Notes: generated by a model not told the origin, from the letters alone. A stretch of DNA of 64,000 nucleotides from an uncultured Gemmatimonadales bacterium (GCA_963828735.1 CAWHFW010000005.1:1376001-1440000); one strand, 5' to 3'. Shown: positions 1 to 9,571, counted from the stretch's first letter. Translations and numbers: made by a program.

Positions 1-822
1 ATGACGGCCCCCACCTCCTCATGTCCCGCCTGCGGCAGCCCTGCCTCCGGCAACTTCTGCAGCGCATGCGGCGCCAGCCTCGTGGCCCGAAGCTGCCCGG
101 GGTGCCGGGCCGACCTGTCCCCGCAGGCGCGGTTCTGCCATCGGTGCGGCCGGCCGGCCACGCGAGCCAGGGGCACCGCCGCGGGTCTTCCCGCTCGCGA
201 GCGGACGGCGTGGCTCGTGGCCGGGGCGCTGTGCGTGGTGCTCCTCGCGCTGATCATCTTGAAGGTCGTCCGCGAGGCGCAGCCGGCCGCGGCGCCCGAG
301 ATGGCGAACGCGGGTGCGCAGAGCGCCCGTGAGACCGTTGGACCCACCGGTCTCGGCGGCACGGCCGGGGGCCAGGCGCCGGACATCAGCCAGATGACCC
401 CGCGCGAGCGATTCGATCGGTTGTTCAATCGGATCATGCAGGCCGCGGAGAGCGGCGACACCGCGCAGATCGACCGCTTCACGCCGATGGCGCTCGGCGC
501 CTACGCCCAGCTCGACACGGTGGATGCGGATGCCCGCTACCATGCGGCGGTGCTCCGCATGCAGGTGGCCGACCTGCCCGGCGCCCTCGCGCTCGCCGAC
601 ACCATTCTGGCCCAGAATCCGGGCCACCTCTTCGGCTACGTCATCCGCGGTACGGTCGCCGGCTTCCAGGGGGATACCGCCCGGCAGCTCCAGGCGCAGC
701 GGGACTTCGAGGCCCATTTCGCCGCCGAGAGCGCGGCGGGCCGCGTCGAGTACCAGGAGCACCAGCCGGTGATCGACGAATTCAGGAAGACGGCGGAGAC
801 GAGGATCAAGGCGGTCAGGTAG
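1..822 (+). CDS. Double zinc-ribbon membrane protein with C-terminal helical/TPR-like domain
   Basis: Four N-terminal CxxC pairs (CPAC, CSAC, CPGC, CHRC), one TM helix (WLVAGALCVVLLALIIL), helical C-terminus. The ATG is at the window edge. Confidence 0.75.
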   Translation: MTAPTSSCPACGSPASGNFCSACGASLVARSCPGCRADLSPQARFCHRCGRPATRARGTAAGLPARERTAWLVAGALCVVLLALIILKVVREAQPAAAPEMANAGAQSARETVGPTGLGGTAGGQAPDISQMTPRERFDRLFNRIMQAAESGDTAQIDRFTPMALGAYAQLDTVDADARYHAAVLRMQVADLPGALALADTILAQNPGHLFGYVIRGTVAGFQGDTARQLQAQRDFEAHFAAESAAGRVEYQEHQPVIDEFRKTAETRIKAVR

Positions 823-865
823 CCCCACGCCAATTTCACCGCTTCGCGCTTCAAGCGGAGGTCCC

Positions 866-1708
866 ATGCCCCGCACCATCCGTGTCGCCCACAGCCCTGA
901 TTCCGATGACGCGTTCATGTTCTACGCGCTCGCCGAGGGCAAGATCGACACCGGCGACCTGCGCTACGTCCACGAACTCTCCGACATCGAGTCGCTGAAC
1001 CAGCGGGCGCGCCGGGCGGAGCTCGAGGTCACGGCCGTCTCGATTCACGCCTACGCGTATCTGTGGCGCGACTACGCCCTGCTCGGCTCCGGATCGTCGA
1101 TGGGCGACGGGTACGGCCCGAGGCTGGTGGCGACACGATCGCGGCCCGGCGACCCGCGGGAAGCCGTACGCGGGCTCCGGGTGGGTGTCCCCGGCATGCT
1201 CACCACCGCCTACCTCGCGCTCAAGCTCTACCAGCCCGACGTGATGGAGGTCGTGATCCCGTTCGACCAGATCGAGGATGCGGTCCACCGGGGGGACGTG
1301 GATCTCGGCCTGTTGATCCACGAGGGCCAGCTCACCTACGCCGACTCCGGGCTTCATCTCTGGGCCGACCTTGGCGCCTGGTGGCTGGAGGACACCGGGT
1401 TGCCCCTTCCGCTGGGTGGCAACGCGGTCCGCCGCGATCTCGGGCGGGCGGTCATCGACCAGATCGCACGCGACCTCCGGGCAAGCATCGTCTACGGCCT
1501 CGAGCACCGCGCGCCCGCGCTGACCCACGCGAAGCAGTTCAACCGCGGCATCGGGGACGAGCGAACGGACGCGTTCGTGGGGATGTACGTCAACCAATGG
1601 ACGGTGGACTACGGAGCACGCGGCCGCCGGGCCGTCCAGACTCTGCTGGATCGGGGCCACGCCGCCGGGCTCATTCCGGACCGGGTGCAAGTGGAGTTCG
1701 TGGGCTGA
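866..1708 (+). CDS. mqnD: MqnA/MqnD/SBP family protein, probable 1,4-dihydroxy-6-naphthoate synthase (futalosine pathway)
   Basis: HSPDSDDAFMFYAL, IHEGQLTY, LPLPLG and MYVN motifs. GGAGG RBS. Confidence 0.75.
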   Translation: MPRTIRVAHSPDSDDAFMFYALAEGKIDTGDLRYVHELSDIESLNQRARRAELEVTAVSIHAYAYLWRDYALLGSGSSMGDGYGPRLVATRSRPGDPREAVRGLRVGVPGMLTTAYLALKLYQPDVMEVVIPFDQIEDAVHRGDVDLGLLIHEGQLTYADSGLHLWADLGAWWLEDTGLPLPLGGNAVRRDLGRAVIDQIARDLRASIVYGLEHRAPALTHAKQFNRGIGDERTDAFVGMYVNQWTVDYGARGRRAVQTLLDRGHAAGLIPDRVQVEFVG

Positions 1709-1826
1709 CCTAGCCGGCGTGGGGCCCGCTTGCCCCGGCCGTTCGCGCGCTCTACTTTCCGTCCATCCCCCGTTCAAGCCAGCCGGTCGCCGCCTCCGGC
1801 GTCCGGTCCCGAGTGAAGGAGCCCGC

Positions 1827-2891
1827 GTGTCGCTGAGCGGTGGCCCCGTGACGCTCCTCGTCGTGGATGACGAGGAGGCGATTCGCAACGCCGTCCGCAA
1901 GTACCTCGTCCAGCTGGGTTACGAGGTGGTCGTCGCGGCGTCTGGGGAGGAGGCGCTGGGGGTTCTGGGGCGACGGAAGATCACGGGCATGCTGCTCGAC
2001 GTGAACCTGCCCGGCGCCAACGGCATCGACCTGGTCCCCCGAATCATGGAGCTCGACCCGACGGTTGCGCTCCTCATGCTCACCGCCGTCAACGACGCGA
2101 CCTCCGCCGCACTCTGCATGCAGCGAGGCGCGCTCGATTACCTCCTCAAGCCGATCGACCTCGCCCACCTCGGGCACGCCGTCGCGCGTGCCCTCGAACG
2201 GCGGCGCGCGCTGCTCGAAGGCCAGCAGATGAACCGCAGACTCGAGGAGGAGGTGGCGCTCCGCGTCGCCGAGCGGCGGCTCGACCAGGCCGCGCAGGAG
2301 CGGGTCTCGGTCGCCACCTTGGAAGCGCTGGTCAACGCGCTCGAAGCCAAGGATCCCTACCTCCGCGGCCACTCCGCGCGCGTGGCGGACCTCTGCGCCT
2401 CCGTGGCCGCCCATCTCCAGCGGCCCGACGAGGAGATCGAGGCGGTCCGGACCGCTGGGCGGCTGCACGACATCGGCAAGATCGGGATCCGCGAGGAAAT
2501 CCTGAACAAACAGGGGCCGCTGTCCGACGAGGAGTACGAGCACGTGAAGCAGCACGTGCTGGTCGGCTGCCAGATCCTGGCGCCTCTGGTCCACCTCGGA
2601 GACGTCATCACCCTGGTCCGGAGTCATCACGAGCGCTGGGACGGCTTCGGATACCCCGACCGCCTGGCCGGCGAGGCCATTCCTCTCGGCGCCCGCATCA
2701 TCGGCGCCGTCGAAGTCTTCGACGCGCTCACGACCGCGCGTCCCTATCAGGAAAAGATGCCGCCCGAGGAGGCGGTCGAGCGCATGCGCGAGCTCGTCGG
2801 CACGGCCATCGACCCGACGATCCACGACGCGCTCGAGGCGGTGGTGTCCCGCCGCCAGGCGCTGGTCTTCCTGGACGACCCTCAACGGTGA
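1827..2891 (+). CDS. Response regulator with HD-GYP c-di-GMP phosphodiesterase domain
   Basis: REC domain, then HDIGK and HHERWDGFGYP. GTG start after AAGGAG. Confidence 0.9.
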   Translation: MSLSGGPVTLLVVDDEEAIRNAVRKYLVQLGYEVVVAASGEEALGVLGRRKITGMLLDVNLPGANGIDLVPRIMELDPTVALLMLTAVNDATSAALCMQRGALDYLLKPIDLAHLGHAVARALERRRALLEGQQMNRRLEEEVALRVAERRLDQAAQERVSVATLEALVNALEAKDPYLRGHSARVADLCASVAAHLQRPDEEIEAVRTAGRLHDIGKIGIREEILNKQGPLSDEEYEHVKQHVLVGCQILAPLVHLGDVITLVRSHHERWDGFGYPDRLAGEAIPLGARIIGAVEVFDALTTARPYQEKMPPEEAVERMRELVGTAIDPTIHDALEAVVSRRQALVFLDDPQR

Positions 2892-2949
2892 CGTGAGCGC
2901 GCCCTGCCCGGTCATCGACGGTGACCCGGTCGAGCACAACAAGGTCCAG

Positions 2950-3497
2950 GGTCGGCGGATCGCATTTCTGCCGCATCCGGTGACCTGGACCGAGGTGCCA
3001 GAGACGCTCGACTCCCTCCGCAGGCAGTGTGGCCGCTGGTACCGGGGGCTGTCGCGAGTCCCTCCGCTATGCCGACGTTCTGGATCTTCGAGTATTTCGG
3101 TCCGCTGGTGGAAGCGTGCGGCTATGTTCTGATGCTGTTTCTCGTCGCCGCGGAGAGGCTGTTGGGATACCGATTCCTCGACTACGACTATCTGTGGGCC
3201 TTCCTGCTCGCTTCGCTGGGCTATGGCATGCTGGTGAACGTTCTCGCGGCCCTCGTCGGCGCGTGGCGTTTCCGCCTCGGCCTCGCCGACCAGCTGCAGC
3301 GCGGCCTCGTGCCGTTCAGCGGCCGCCGGGACGTCCTGGTACTGCTCCTCTACGCCGTGCTCGAGAACGTCGGCTACCGCCAGCTCACCCTGTATTGGCG
3401 GATGCGTGGCCTGTGGGACGCCTGGCGCGGGAAGACCGGCTGGAAAAAATTCGCGCGGGTGGGCTTCCGCGAGGGAACGGCGCCGGCGCATGGCTGA
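2950..3497 (+). pseudogene. Remnant C-terminal part of a family 2 glycosyltransferase (PgaC/IcaA-like)
   Basis: WTEVPETLDSLRRQCGRWYRGL (QxxRW) in one frame and the TM tail (MPTFWIFEYFGP...ENVGYRQL...W) in another. No N-terminal catalytic domain. Confidence 0.7.
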
Positions 3498-4551
3498 TCC
3501 CGTGCCGGGCCCGCGCGTCCTCGTCGTCGACGACGACCATACGGTCGCGCGTCTCGTGCTGCAGGTCGTGCGGTCGCTGGGGTTCGGCGCCGCTTCGCAC
3601 GTGAGGACCGGGCGGGAAGCGCTCGAAGCGGGCGAAGGCGCCGACATCGTGCTGCTCGACCACCAGCTGCCCGACGCGAACGGACTCGACGTCCTCGAGG
3701 CCATCCGCGCGCGGCCCAATCCGCCGGCCGTCATCCTGGTCACTGCGCATGGCACCGAGTCGCTCGCGGCGGCCGCCCTCCGGCTCGGCGCCGACGACTA
3801 CCTGGCCAAGGACGATTCGCTGCTCGAGATGCTGCCGCAGGTGCTCGAGCGCGTCCGGCGAAACCGGGAGCTCCGGAAGGCGCTCGCCGCGGCGGAGAAG
3901 GATCTCGTCCGCGCCGAGCGGCTCGCGGCGATCGGCGAGATGACGGTGACGCTGCACCACAACATCAACAATCCGCTCATGTCGGCATCCGCCGACCTGG
4001 AAATGCTGCTGGCCAACCCGGACATGCCGCTGTCGCAGCGCCAGCAGACGCTGAGAGACATCCAGACGGCGCTCCATCGCATCCGCGACCTGGTCCGACA
4101 GATCGGCGATCTGCGGGACGTCCGCACCAAGCCCTATCTCCCGGGCATCCGCATGGTGGATCTCGAGGGCGCTGGGCCGGCGCCACAGACGCCGCATCTC
4201 GGCACGGCGCTGGTGCAGGTGGCGGAGGAGGATCTCGCGCGCGTCGTGGTGCTGCTGTTACGGCACGCGGGGTTCGCGGTGGAGCGCTGCGGCACGGTGG
4301 ACGACCTCCGCAAGTCCGCCGGCCGACTTGGCGTGTCGCTCGTGCTCGTCCTCGGCGGCACCGACGCGGCCGGCGCGCACCCGCTCGGTGGGTTCGACCC
4401 GCCCCCGAACCGGGCCTATCGCGTTGTGGCGCTCGTGGCCGGCGACGGCGCGGCCGCCCGCGCGGCGGGCGCGGACCGTGTGGTCGAGCTACCGTTCGAC
4501 CCCGGGAGCTTCACCGCCGACATGGTCACGCTGCTGGCGAACGAGCCGTAG
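3490..4551 (+). CDS. REC-HisKA-degenerate REC signalling protein lacking an ATPase domain
   Basis: N-terminal REC, H-box TLHHNINNPL, C-terminal REC-like fold ending PFDP. Confidence 0.8.
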   Translation: MADPVPGPRVLVVDDDHTVARLVLQVVRSLGFGAASHVRTGREALEAGEGADIVLLDHQLPDANGLDVLEAIRARPNPPAVILVTAHGTESLAAAALRLGADDYLAKDDSLLEMLPQVLERVRRNRELRKALAAAEKDLVRAERLAAIGEMTVTLHHNINNPLMSASADLEMLLANPDMPLSQRQQTLRDIQTALHRIRDLVRQIGDLRDVRTKPYLPGIRMVDLEGAGPAPQTPHLGTALVQVAEEDLARVVVLLLRHAGFAVERCGTVDDLRKSAGRLGVSLVLVLGGTDAAGAHPLGGFDPPPNRAYRVVALVAGDGAAARAAGADRVVELPFDPGSFTADMVTLLANEP

Positions 4552-4573
4552 GCCGCTCGGATTGCGCGGCCAC

Positions 4574-5596
4574 TCAGGCTTTCGGCGCGGCCACCTCGCC
4601 GAGGTACCCCATCCCCTGCAGCCGGGCGATCCGCTGGCGGATCGGGGGGTGAGACGCCAGCGCGTCGGCGAACGCTCCCTCGCGCGCGGCGAGCAGCCCC
4701 GGCGCCGGATCCACGATGCAGAGATGCGCCGCGCCGAGCGTGATCGCGCGGGTCGGCGCCGAGGCCGCCTCGAGCTTTTCGAGCGCCGAGGCGAGCGCCA
4801 GGGGGTTACGCGTGAACTGCGCGCCAGTCGCATCGGCCAGGTACTCGCGCTTGCGGCTCACGGCCATCGCGAGGATCCGCGAGACGATCGGCGCCACGAT
4901 CAGGGTCAGCAGCCAGAACCCGAGCAGGAGGATCGCGAGCGGGTTGCCGCCCTTGCCACTCTCACCACTTCCCCCGCCGCCGCTCCGGCCGGCTCGCGAT
5001 CCCCGCATCGTCCGCCCCAGCCCATCGGACATCAGCGCGATCGCGCCGACCATGCCGGCGAGCAGGGTCATGAGCCGCACGTCCAGGTTCTGCACGTGCG
5101 CCATCTCGTGGGCGATGACGGCCTGCAGCTCATCCCGGTTCAGCGTCCGGAGCAGCCCCTGCGTCACCGCGATGCTGGCCGTAGCGGCATCGCGCCCCGT
5201 GGCGAAGGCATTGGGGTCGTCGTCGGGCACGATCCACACTCTGGGCTTGGGCAGCCCCGAGGCGATGGCCATCTCCTCGACCACGTTGACGAGCTGTCGC
5301 TCCTCGGCGGTGGCCGGCTCGACCACCTCCCGCGCGCCGGTGGACCACAACACCTGGCGCGGCCCGAAGCGCCACGAGTACCAGCAGATCCCCGCGGCGG
5401 CGAGGGTCGTGAAGATCCCGATGACCGGAATCACGTGATGGTATTCGCCCGCCGGGGCGTCGGCGGTCAGGAGGCCGAAGGCGAGGTCGCCGCCGAATCC
5501 GACCCAGGCGAAGAAGACGATGAAGCCGATGACGAGCCAGGTAGAGCGGCGGCGATTGGATTCCTGCTGGGCGAAGAGGTTCGCCGCCTCGGTCAC
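4574..5596 (-). CDS. htpX: M48 family zinc metalloprotease, HtpX-like
   Basis: PNAFATG, AHEMAH (HExxH), SRKREYLADA. The GTG start overlaps the lemA stop. Confidence 0.9.
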   Translation of the reverse strand: MTEAANLFAQQESNRRRSTWLVIGFIVFFAWVGFGGDLAFGLLTADAPAGEYHHVIPVIGIFTTLAAAGICWYSWRFGPRQVLWSTGAREVVEPATAEERQLVNVVEEMAIASGLPKPRVWIVPDDDPNAFATGRDAATASIAVTQGLLRTLNRDELQAVIAHEMAHVQNLDVRLMTLLAGMVGAIALMSDGLGRTMRGSRAGRSGGGGSGESGKGGNPLAILLLGFWLLTLIVAPIVSRILAMAVSRKREYLADATGAQFTRNPLALASALEKLEAASAPTRAITLGAAHLCIVDPAPGLLAAREGAFADALASHPPIRQRIARLQGMGYLGEVAAPKA

Positions 5597-6168
5597 GGCG
5601 CGGGTTTGTTCATCGAGAGATCGACCGTCGGCACGGCCCGCTCGGTGTCGTCGGTGATCTGCCACAGCTCCACGGGTGTGGCCTTGGCGAGCCCGGCGAC
5701 GAGCATCGTTGGGAAGGTGGCCTGGCGGGTGTTGTACTCGGTGGCGACGTCGTTGTACAGCTGGCGCGCGAACCCGATCTTGTTCTCGGTGCTGGTCAGC
5801 TCCTCTTGAAGCTGAGCCACGTTTCCCGTCGCCTTGAGGTCCGGGTAGGCCTCGGTCAGCGCGAACAGCCGGCCGAGCGCCTGCGTCAGCTCCCCCTCGG
5901 CCTTGGCCGTCTGCGCCACGCCCGTCGCGTTCACCGCCTTGTTCCGCGCCGCGATCACCGCCTCGAGCGTGTTCCGCTCGAAATCCATCGCGCCCTTCAC
6001 CGTGTTGACCAGGTTCGGGATGAGGTCGTGGCGGCGCTTGAGCTGTACGTCGATCTGCTTCCAGCCGTTGGCGACCTTGTTCTTGAGCCCGATCAGGCCG
6101 TTGTAGGCGCCGATGACCCAGAAGGCGACGAGCACGACGATCGCGAGGAGGATGAGCACGGCGATCAT
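5593..6168 (-). CDS. lemA: LemA family protein
   Basis: IDVQLKRRHDLIPNLV, EAYPDLKA, ENKIGFARQLYN. Confidence 0.95.
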   Translation of the reverse strand: MIAVLILLAIVVLVAFWVIGAYNGLIGLKNKVANGWKQIDVQLKRRHDLIPNLVNTVKGAMDFERNTLEAVIAARNKAVNATGVAQTAKAEGELTQALGRLFALTEAYPDLKATGNVAQLQEELTSTENKIGFARQLYNDVATEYNTRQATFPTMLVAGLAKATPVELWQITDDTERAVPTVDLSMNKPAP

Positions 6169-6192
6169 GGCGGATCCTTGCGGGGAGGGGAG

Positions 6193-6828
6193 TTAGGGCG
6201 TCACCAGGCCGGCGAGGGCCTGGCGGAACGCCTCCGCGATGGCGGCGACATCGCCGTTGAGGCGAATGACCGGGTGCTGTTCGTCCACCAGCACCTCGAT
6301 GCCTGGAGCGATGGCGATGCGCCGGCACACGGTAGCCGAGCCACCCGCGTCCTCGACCGGCGTGAGCCAGCCGAGCACCGCGCGCCCCACCCGGCCGCGG
6401 CCGGTACCGGGCGCCTGCAGCAGCGCGAGGCGCTCCGGCCGGGGAAGTGCGGGTCCGAGCACGCCGGCGACACGGCGCTCGATGAGATCGCCGGTGAGCC
6501 CGGCGAACTCCCGGGTCATGGTCTCGAGCGTGGCCCCCTCCATCTGTCGCAGCTTGATGGCGAGCACCTGCAGCAGGTGGCGATAGGAGTACACCGCGGC
6601 AGTGCCGCGGCCCTCGGGCGGACTCACGAGCCCGCGGGCGACGTAGAACCGGATCGTCCGCTCGCTCGGCCGCGCGCGAGCCGCGGCGTTCACGGGCACG
6701 ACGCCCGACGCGTCGAGGATCCCACCCGAGAGCGCAGTCAGGTCCCGGAGACCCCAGGGCGCCAGCGTCCGATACTCCCGTAGCGTGGCGAGCGGATCGG
6801 ACGGGGCTGATACGAGGCCGGCGGTCAT
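6193..6828 (-). CDS. MerR-like HTH transcriptional regulator
   Basis: SERTIRFYVARGLVSPPEGRG...YSYRHLLQ winged-HTH signature. Confidence 0.8.
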   Translation of the reverse strand: MTAGLVSAPSDPLATLREYRTLAPWGLRDLTALSGGILDASGVVPVNAAARARPSERTIRFYVARGLVSPPEGRGTAAVYSYRHLLQVLAIKLRQMEGATLETMTREFAGLTGDLIERRVAGVLGPALPRPERLALLQAPGTGRGRVGRAVLGWLTPVEDAGGSATVCRRIAIAPGIEVLVDEQHPVIRLNGDVAAIAEAFRQALAGLVTP

Positions 6829-7229
6829 GCGGGACCGTGGCTCGCGCGGCCTTCAGTGGGGGGACCCTCGAGGGTCGCCATCACCATGCGCCGAAGGTGG
6901 TCGAGCGTGAACGGCTTGAGGAGGAGCGGGCAGCGCTGCAGATCCCGAGGCCAGTGCTCCGTCTCGGCAAAGGTGTCGCCCGTCATGAGGACGATGCGGT
7001 CCGCCAGGCGCGGCCAGCGGCGTGTCAGCGCGAGGTAGAAGGTGTCGCCGGACATCTGCGGCAGATGCAGATCCAGCAGCACGAGATCGACGTCCGCCTC
7101 GTCGAGGAGCTGGTAGGCCAGATGCGCGTCGGCGGCGGACACCACCTCGCATCCCATGGCGCGAAGCGCCCGCTCGAGCGTCCGGCGCAGGCACGCCTCG
7201 TCGTCCACGACGAGGATACGCGGGCTCAT
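6825..7229 (-). CDS. Single-domain response regulator
   Basis: ILVVDDE, LLDLHLP, MTG, KPF. Confidence 0.9.
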   Translation of the reverse strand: MSPRILVVDDEACLRRTLERALRAMGCEVVSAADAHLAYQLLDEADVDLVLLDLHLPQMSGDTFYLALTRRWPRLADRIVLMTGDTFAETEHWPRDLQRCPLLLKPFTLDHLRRMVMATLEGPPTEGRASHGPA

Positions 7230-8029
7230 GACGCGGCCGCCCGTCGGGCCGGCGTCAAGTACCGGCTGGTGACCATCGCGAGGGCGTCATCGATTGACAT
7301 GGACACGCGGAGCTCTCCCGCGGTGAGGCCGAAGACGGCGCGCAGGTGCATCTGCAGTGTCTTGGTCTTGCTGTAGCCCAGCTTCAGGGCGACGTCCTCC
7401 ACCGTGTATCCCGGATCGAGCAGCAGGCGGTGCGCGTACAGGAGCCGGGTCAGCACCATCACGACGCGGGGCGAGGGAAGGCCGACTTTGGTGAACCAGC
7501 GCTCGCAGGTACGCCTGGTGAGGCGGGCGCGCTCCGCCAGCGCGGTGACGGTCGGCCCCTCGTCGGGCGCGTGCAACATCGCTTCGAGCGCGGTGCGCAG
7601 CTCCGGCGGCAGCTCGCGCAGGATGGGCCCCATGCCCTGGATGACCTGCTGTGACGCGCTCTGCTCCAGCTCCGCCAACAGCGCATTCCTGAGCGATCCC
7701 GGCGCGTCCTCGAACCGATGCACCACGACCCGCCGAATCCCGGCCCGCCCCAGCTCCAGCAGCACGCCCGCCGTAGCCGGGGCGAGCTCCGTGTAGACCA
7801 GGAGCGGCAGGGAGGGGAAGAACTGGCGCAGACGGCCGATCCCGTGGGTTCGGGGCGTCGAGCCGCCCAGAAGCGGGTCCACAACGGCCATCTCTACCGG
7901 CTTCGCGCGAATGCCTTCCACGGCTTCGGGCCAGGTGGCCACGGCCTCCCAGACGAACCGTTCGGGGTCGAGTGAACGGAGTCGGAAAAGGCGTTCGGCG
8001 GGCACGGCGGCGAGAAGAAGATGTCGCAA
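7226..8029 (-). CDS. AraC-family transcriptional regulator with REC-like N-terminal domain
   Basis: C-terminal double HTH (TVTALAERARLTRRTCER; TVEDVALKLGYS). Start uncertain; TTG at 8029 chosen. Confidence 0.8.
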   Translation of the reverse strand: MRHLLLAAVPAERLFRLRSLDPERFVWEAVATWPEAVEGIRAKPVEMAVVDPLLGGSTPRTHGIGRLRQFFPSLPLLVYTELAPATAGVLLELGRAGIRRVVVHRFEDAPGSLRNALLAELEQSASQQVIQGMGPILRELPPELRTALEAMLHAPDEGPTVTALAERARLTRRTCERWFTKVGLPSPRVVMVLTRLLYAHRLLLDPGYTVEDVALKLGYSKTKTLQMHLRAVFGLTAGELRVSMSIDDALAMVTSRYLTPARRAAAS

Positions 8030-8052
8030 AACGGCCCCTATTTGTCGCAAAA
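8022..8052. promoter_or_regulatory. Direct repeat TGTCGCAAAA with 21-bp period, candidate AraC-family operator
   Basis: Exact 10-mers at 8022-8031 and 8043-8052, each followed by GGCC. They lie between divergent genes. Confidence 0.55.
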
Positions 8053-8129
8053 AAGGCCTAAACCGGTCGGTCGGCCCAGGGCAGATTGGCCAGACCCCCA
8101 CATCGCACAGTCAGATGAAAGGGCTTCCA

Positions 8130-8273
8130 ATGTCGCGTACCACGACCAAGTGGCTCGTCCTCGCGTCACTAACACTCGCGGGCCTGAGCTCGGCCGCCTG
8201 CACACGAAACGATGCCACCGGGCCCTCGGAGCAGCCGAAGCCCTCGTTCGAGGGACAAGGCGCAAATAACTAA
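8130..8273 (+). CDS. Small exported (lipo)peptide, 47 aa
   Basis: MSRTTTKWLVLASLTLAGLSSAAC-TRNDATGPSEQPKPSFEGQGANN: basic N-terminus, hydrophobic core, lipobox-like Cys24. Purine-rich RBS (GAAAGGG). Confidence 0.7.
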   Translation: MSRTTTKWLVLASLTLAGLSSAACTRNDATGPSEQPKPSFEGQGANN

Positions 8274-9571
8274 GTCGCCTGCAGGGCGAAATCCCGAAGC
8301 CCGATTGCCACTTCCCGGATGGCCGGCGGATGAACCTCGGCCGACGGGAGGAGATCGAGCTCTCGGAGTTCACAGCCGGACAGGTTGGCGATCGTCTGCT
8401 CGAATCGGAAGAACCACGAGTTGAGGCGGTGGTTCTCGGAGTGCGCCTGCCCCGCCAGGAGCAGGTCGCGCGCGCGCACGAATTGACCGAAGCGGGCGAG
8501 ACCCACTCCGGCCTTGAAGTAGAAATCGGCCAGCATGCTCGGCGGCATGCGGGTGCGCGCCGCGTCGCCCTCGGCCCGCCGCCGCTCGAACGCCATCCGG
8601 TTGCCCACCGCCGATTCCATGTCCATCAGCTCGAGCACCGCGTTTAGGCGAACGCCGAAGCTCGTCTTGGAGCGCAGGACGATGTCGAACGCGTTGCGCG
8701 CCGCGTCGTGTGCCCCGATCCCGAGCAGGGCCACGCCGAGATCGCCGAGCACCCGTGTGCGCTGCAGCAGATCGTCGCTCAGCAGGAACGAGCGGTAGAT
8801 CGCCTGGATGGCGTCCACCTGCCGGCCCTCGACCAGCAGCACCGCGCCCAGGTCCGCGTAGGCCATGGCCTCGACCTCTCGGAGCCCCGCGCGATCGGCG
8901 CCAGCCGCGACCTCCTCGGCGATCTGCCGCGCCAGCGGCAGGTTGCCCTGGCCGCGGAGCACGGCGCCACGGCCAAGCCTTGCCCGCAGCACGAGCACCT
9001 TGTCTCTCGCGGTGTCGGCGGCCGACTCGGCCGCGGAGTAGCAGGCCGTGGCAGCAGGCCAGCGCGCCAGGAGACGGTTGAGGCGGCCCGCGAACAGTGC
9101 GGAAGCGGCGAAATCCGGAGCCGGAACGCCCGGGCCATGGGTTCGAACGGCCAGCGCGAGCACCTCGAGCGCCTCTTCGAGCCGGCCCTCGTGCTCGAGG
9201 AAGTAGGCGTATGCCATCAGGCTGAGGCGGAGGCTGGCGAGGGACTGAGCGCCGACGGGAATAGCGTCGGTGATGCCGTGCAGGTGAGCGCTTTCGGGGG
9301 AATCGGCCGGCAGCTCGCGGAGATGACGGCGCACGGCATCCAGCTGCCAGAGCATCCCCTCCTGCCCTCCGGTGCTGTCATCCCGCATCAGCATCCGGTC
9401 CACCAGCCGCGAGACGAGATACGCTCCCAACGCCAGGCGGGCGGACAACTCGCGATCCCGCTCATGTTCGCCACGCGCGCGCTCGAGAAATGGAGCGTGC
9501 GTCAGAACATCGGCGGACGACTCGACCTCACCGAAGAGCTGCTGCGGCGTGAACAGATCGCGTCCTTCCAT
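8270..9571 (-). CDS. Tetratricopeptide-repeat-like helical protein
   Basis: Repeated TPR-type helices (ARLGRGAVLRGQGNLPLA, AYADLGAVLLVEG, VLGDLGVALLGIG, FYFKAGVGLARFG). No signal peptide seen. Confidence 0.75.
   Translation of the reverse strand: MEGRDLFTPQQLFGEVESSADVLTHAPFLERARGEHERDRELSARLALGAYLVSRLVDRMLMRDDSTGGQEGMLWQLDAVRRHLRELPADSPESAHLHGITDAIPVGAQSLASLRLSLMAYAYFLEHEGRLEEALEVLALAVRTHGPGVPAPDFAASALFAGRLNRLLARWPAATACYSAAESAADTARDKVLVLRARLGRGAVLRGQGNLPLARQIAEEVAAGADRAGLREVEAMAYADLGAVLLVEGRQVDAIQAIYRSFLLSDDLLQRTRVLGDLGVALLGIGAHDAARNAFDIVLRSKTSFGVRLNAVLELMDMESAVGNRMAFERRRAEGDAARTRMPPSMLADFYFKAGVGLARFGQFVRARDLLLAGQAHSENHRLNSWFFRFEQTIANLSGCELRELDLLPSAEVHPPAIREVAIGLRDFALQAT

Noticed and set aside
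7911..8129. N-terminal extension of the peptide ORF (120 aa in the track)
   Set aside because: It overlaps the AraC gene antisense. The RBS and signal peptide support the ATG at 8130.
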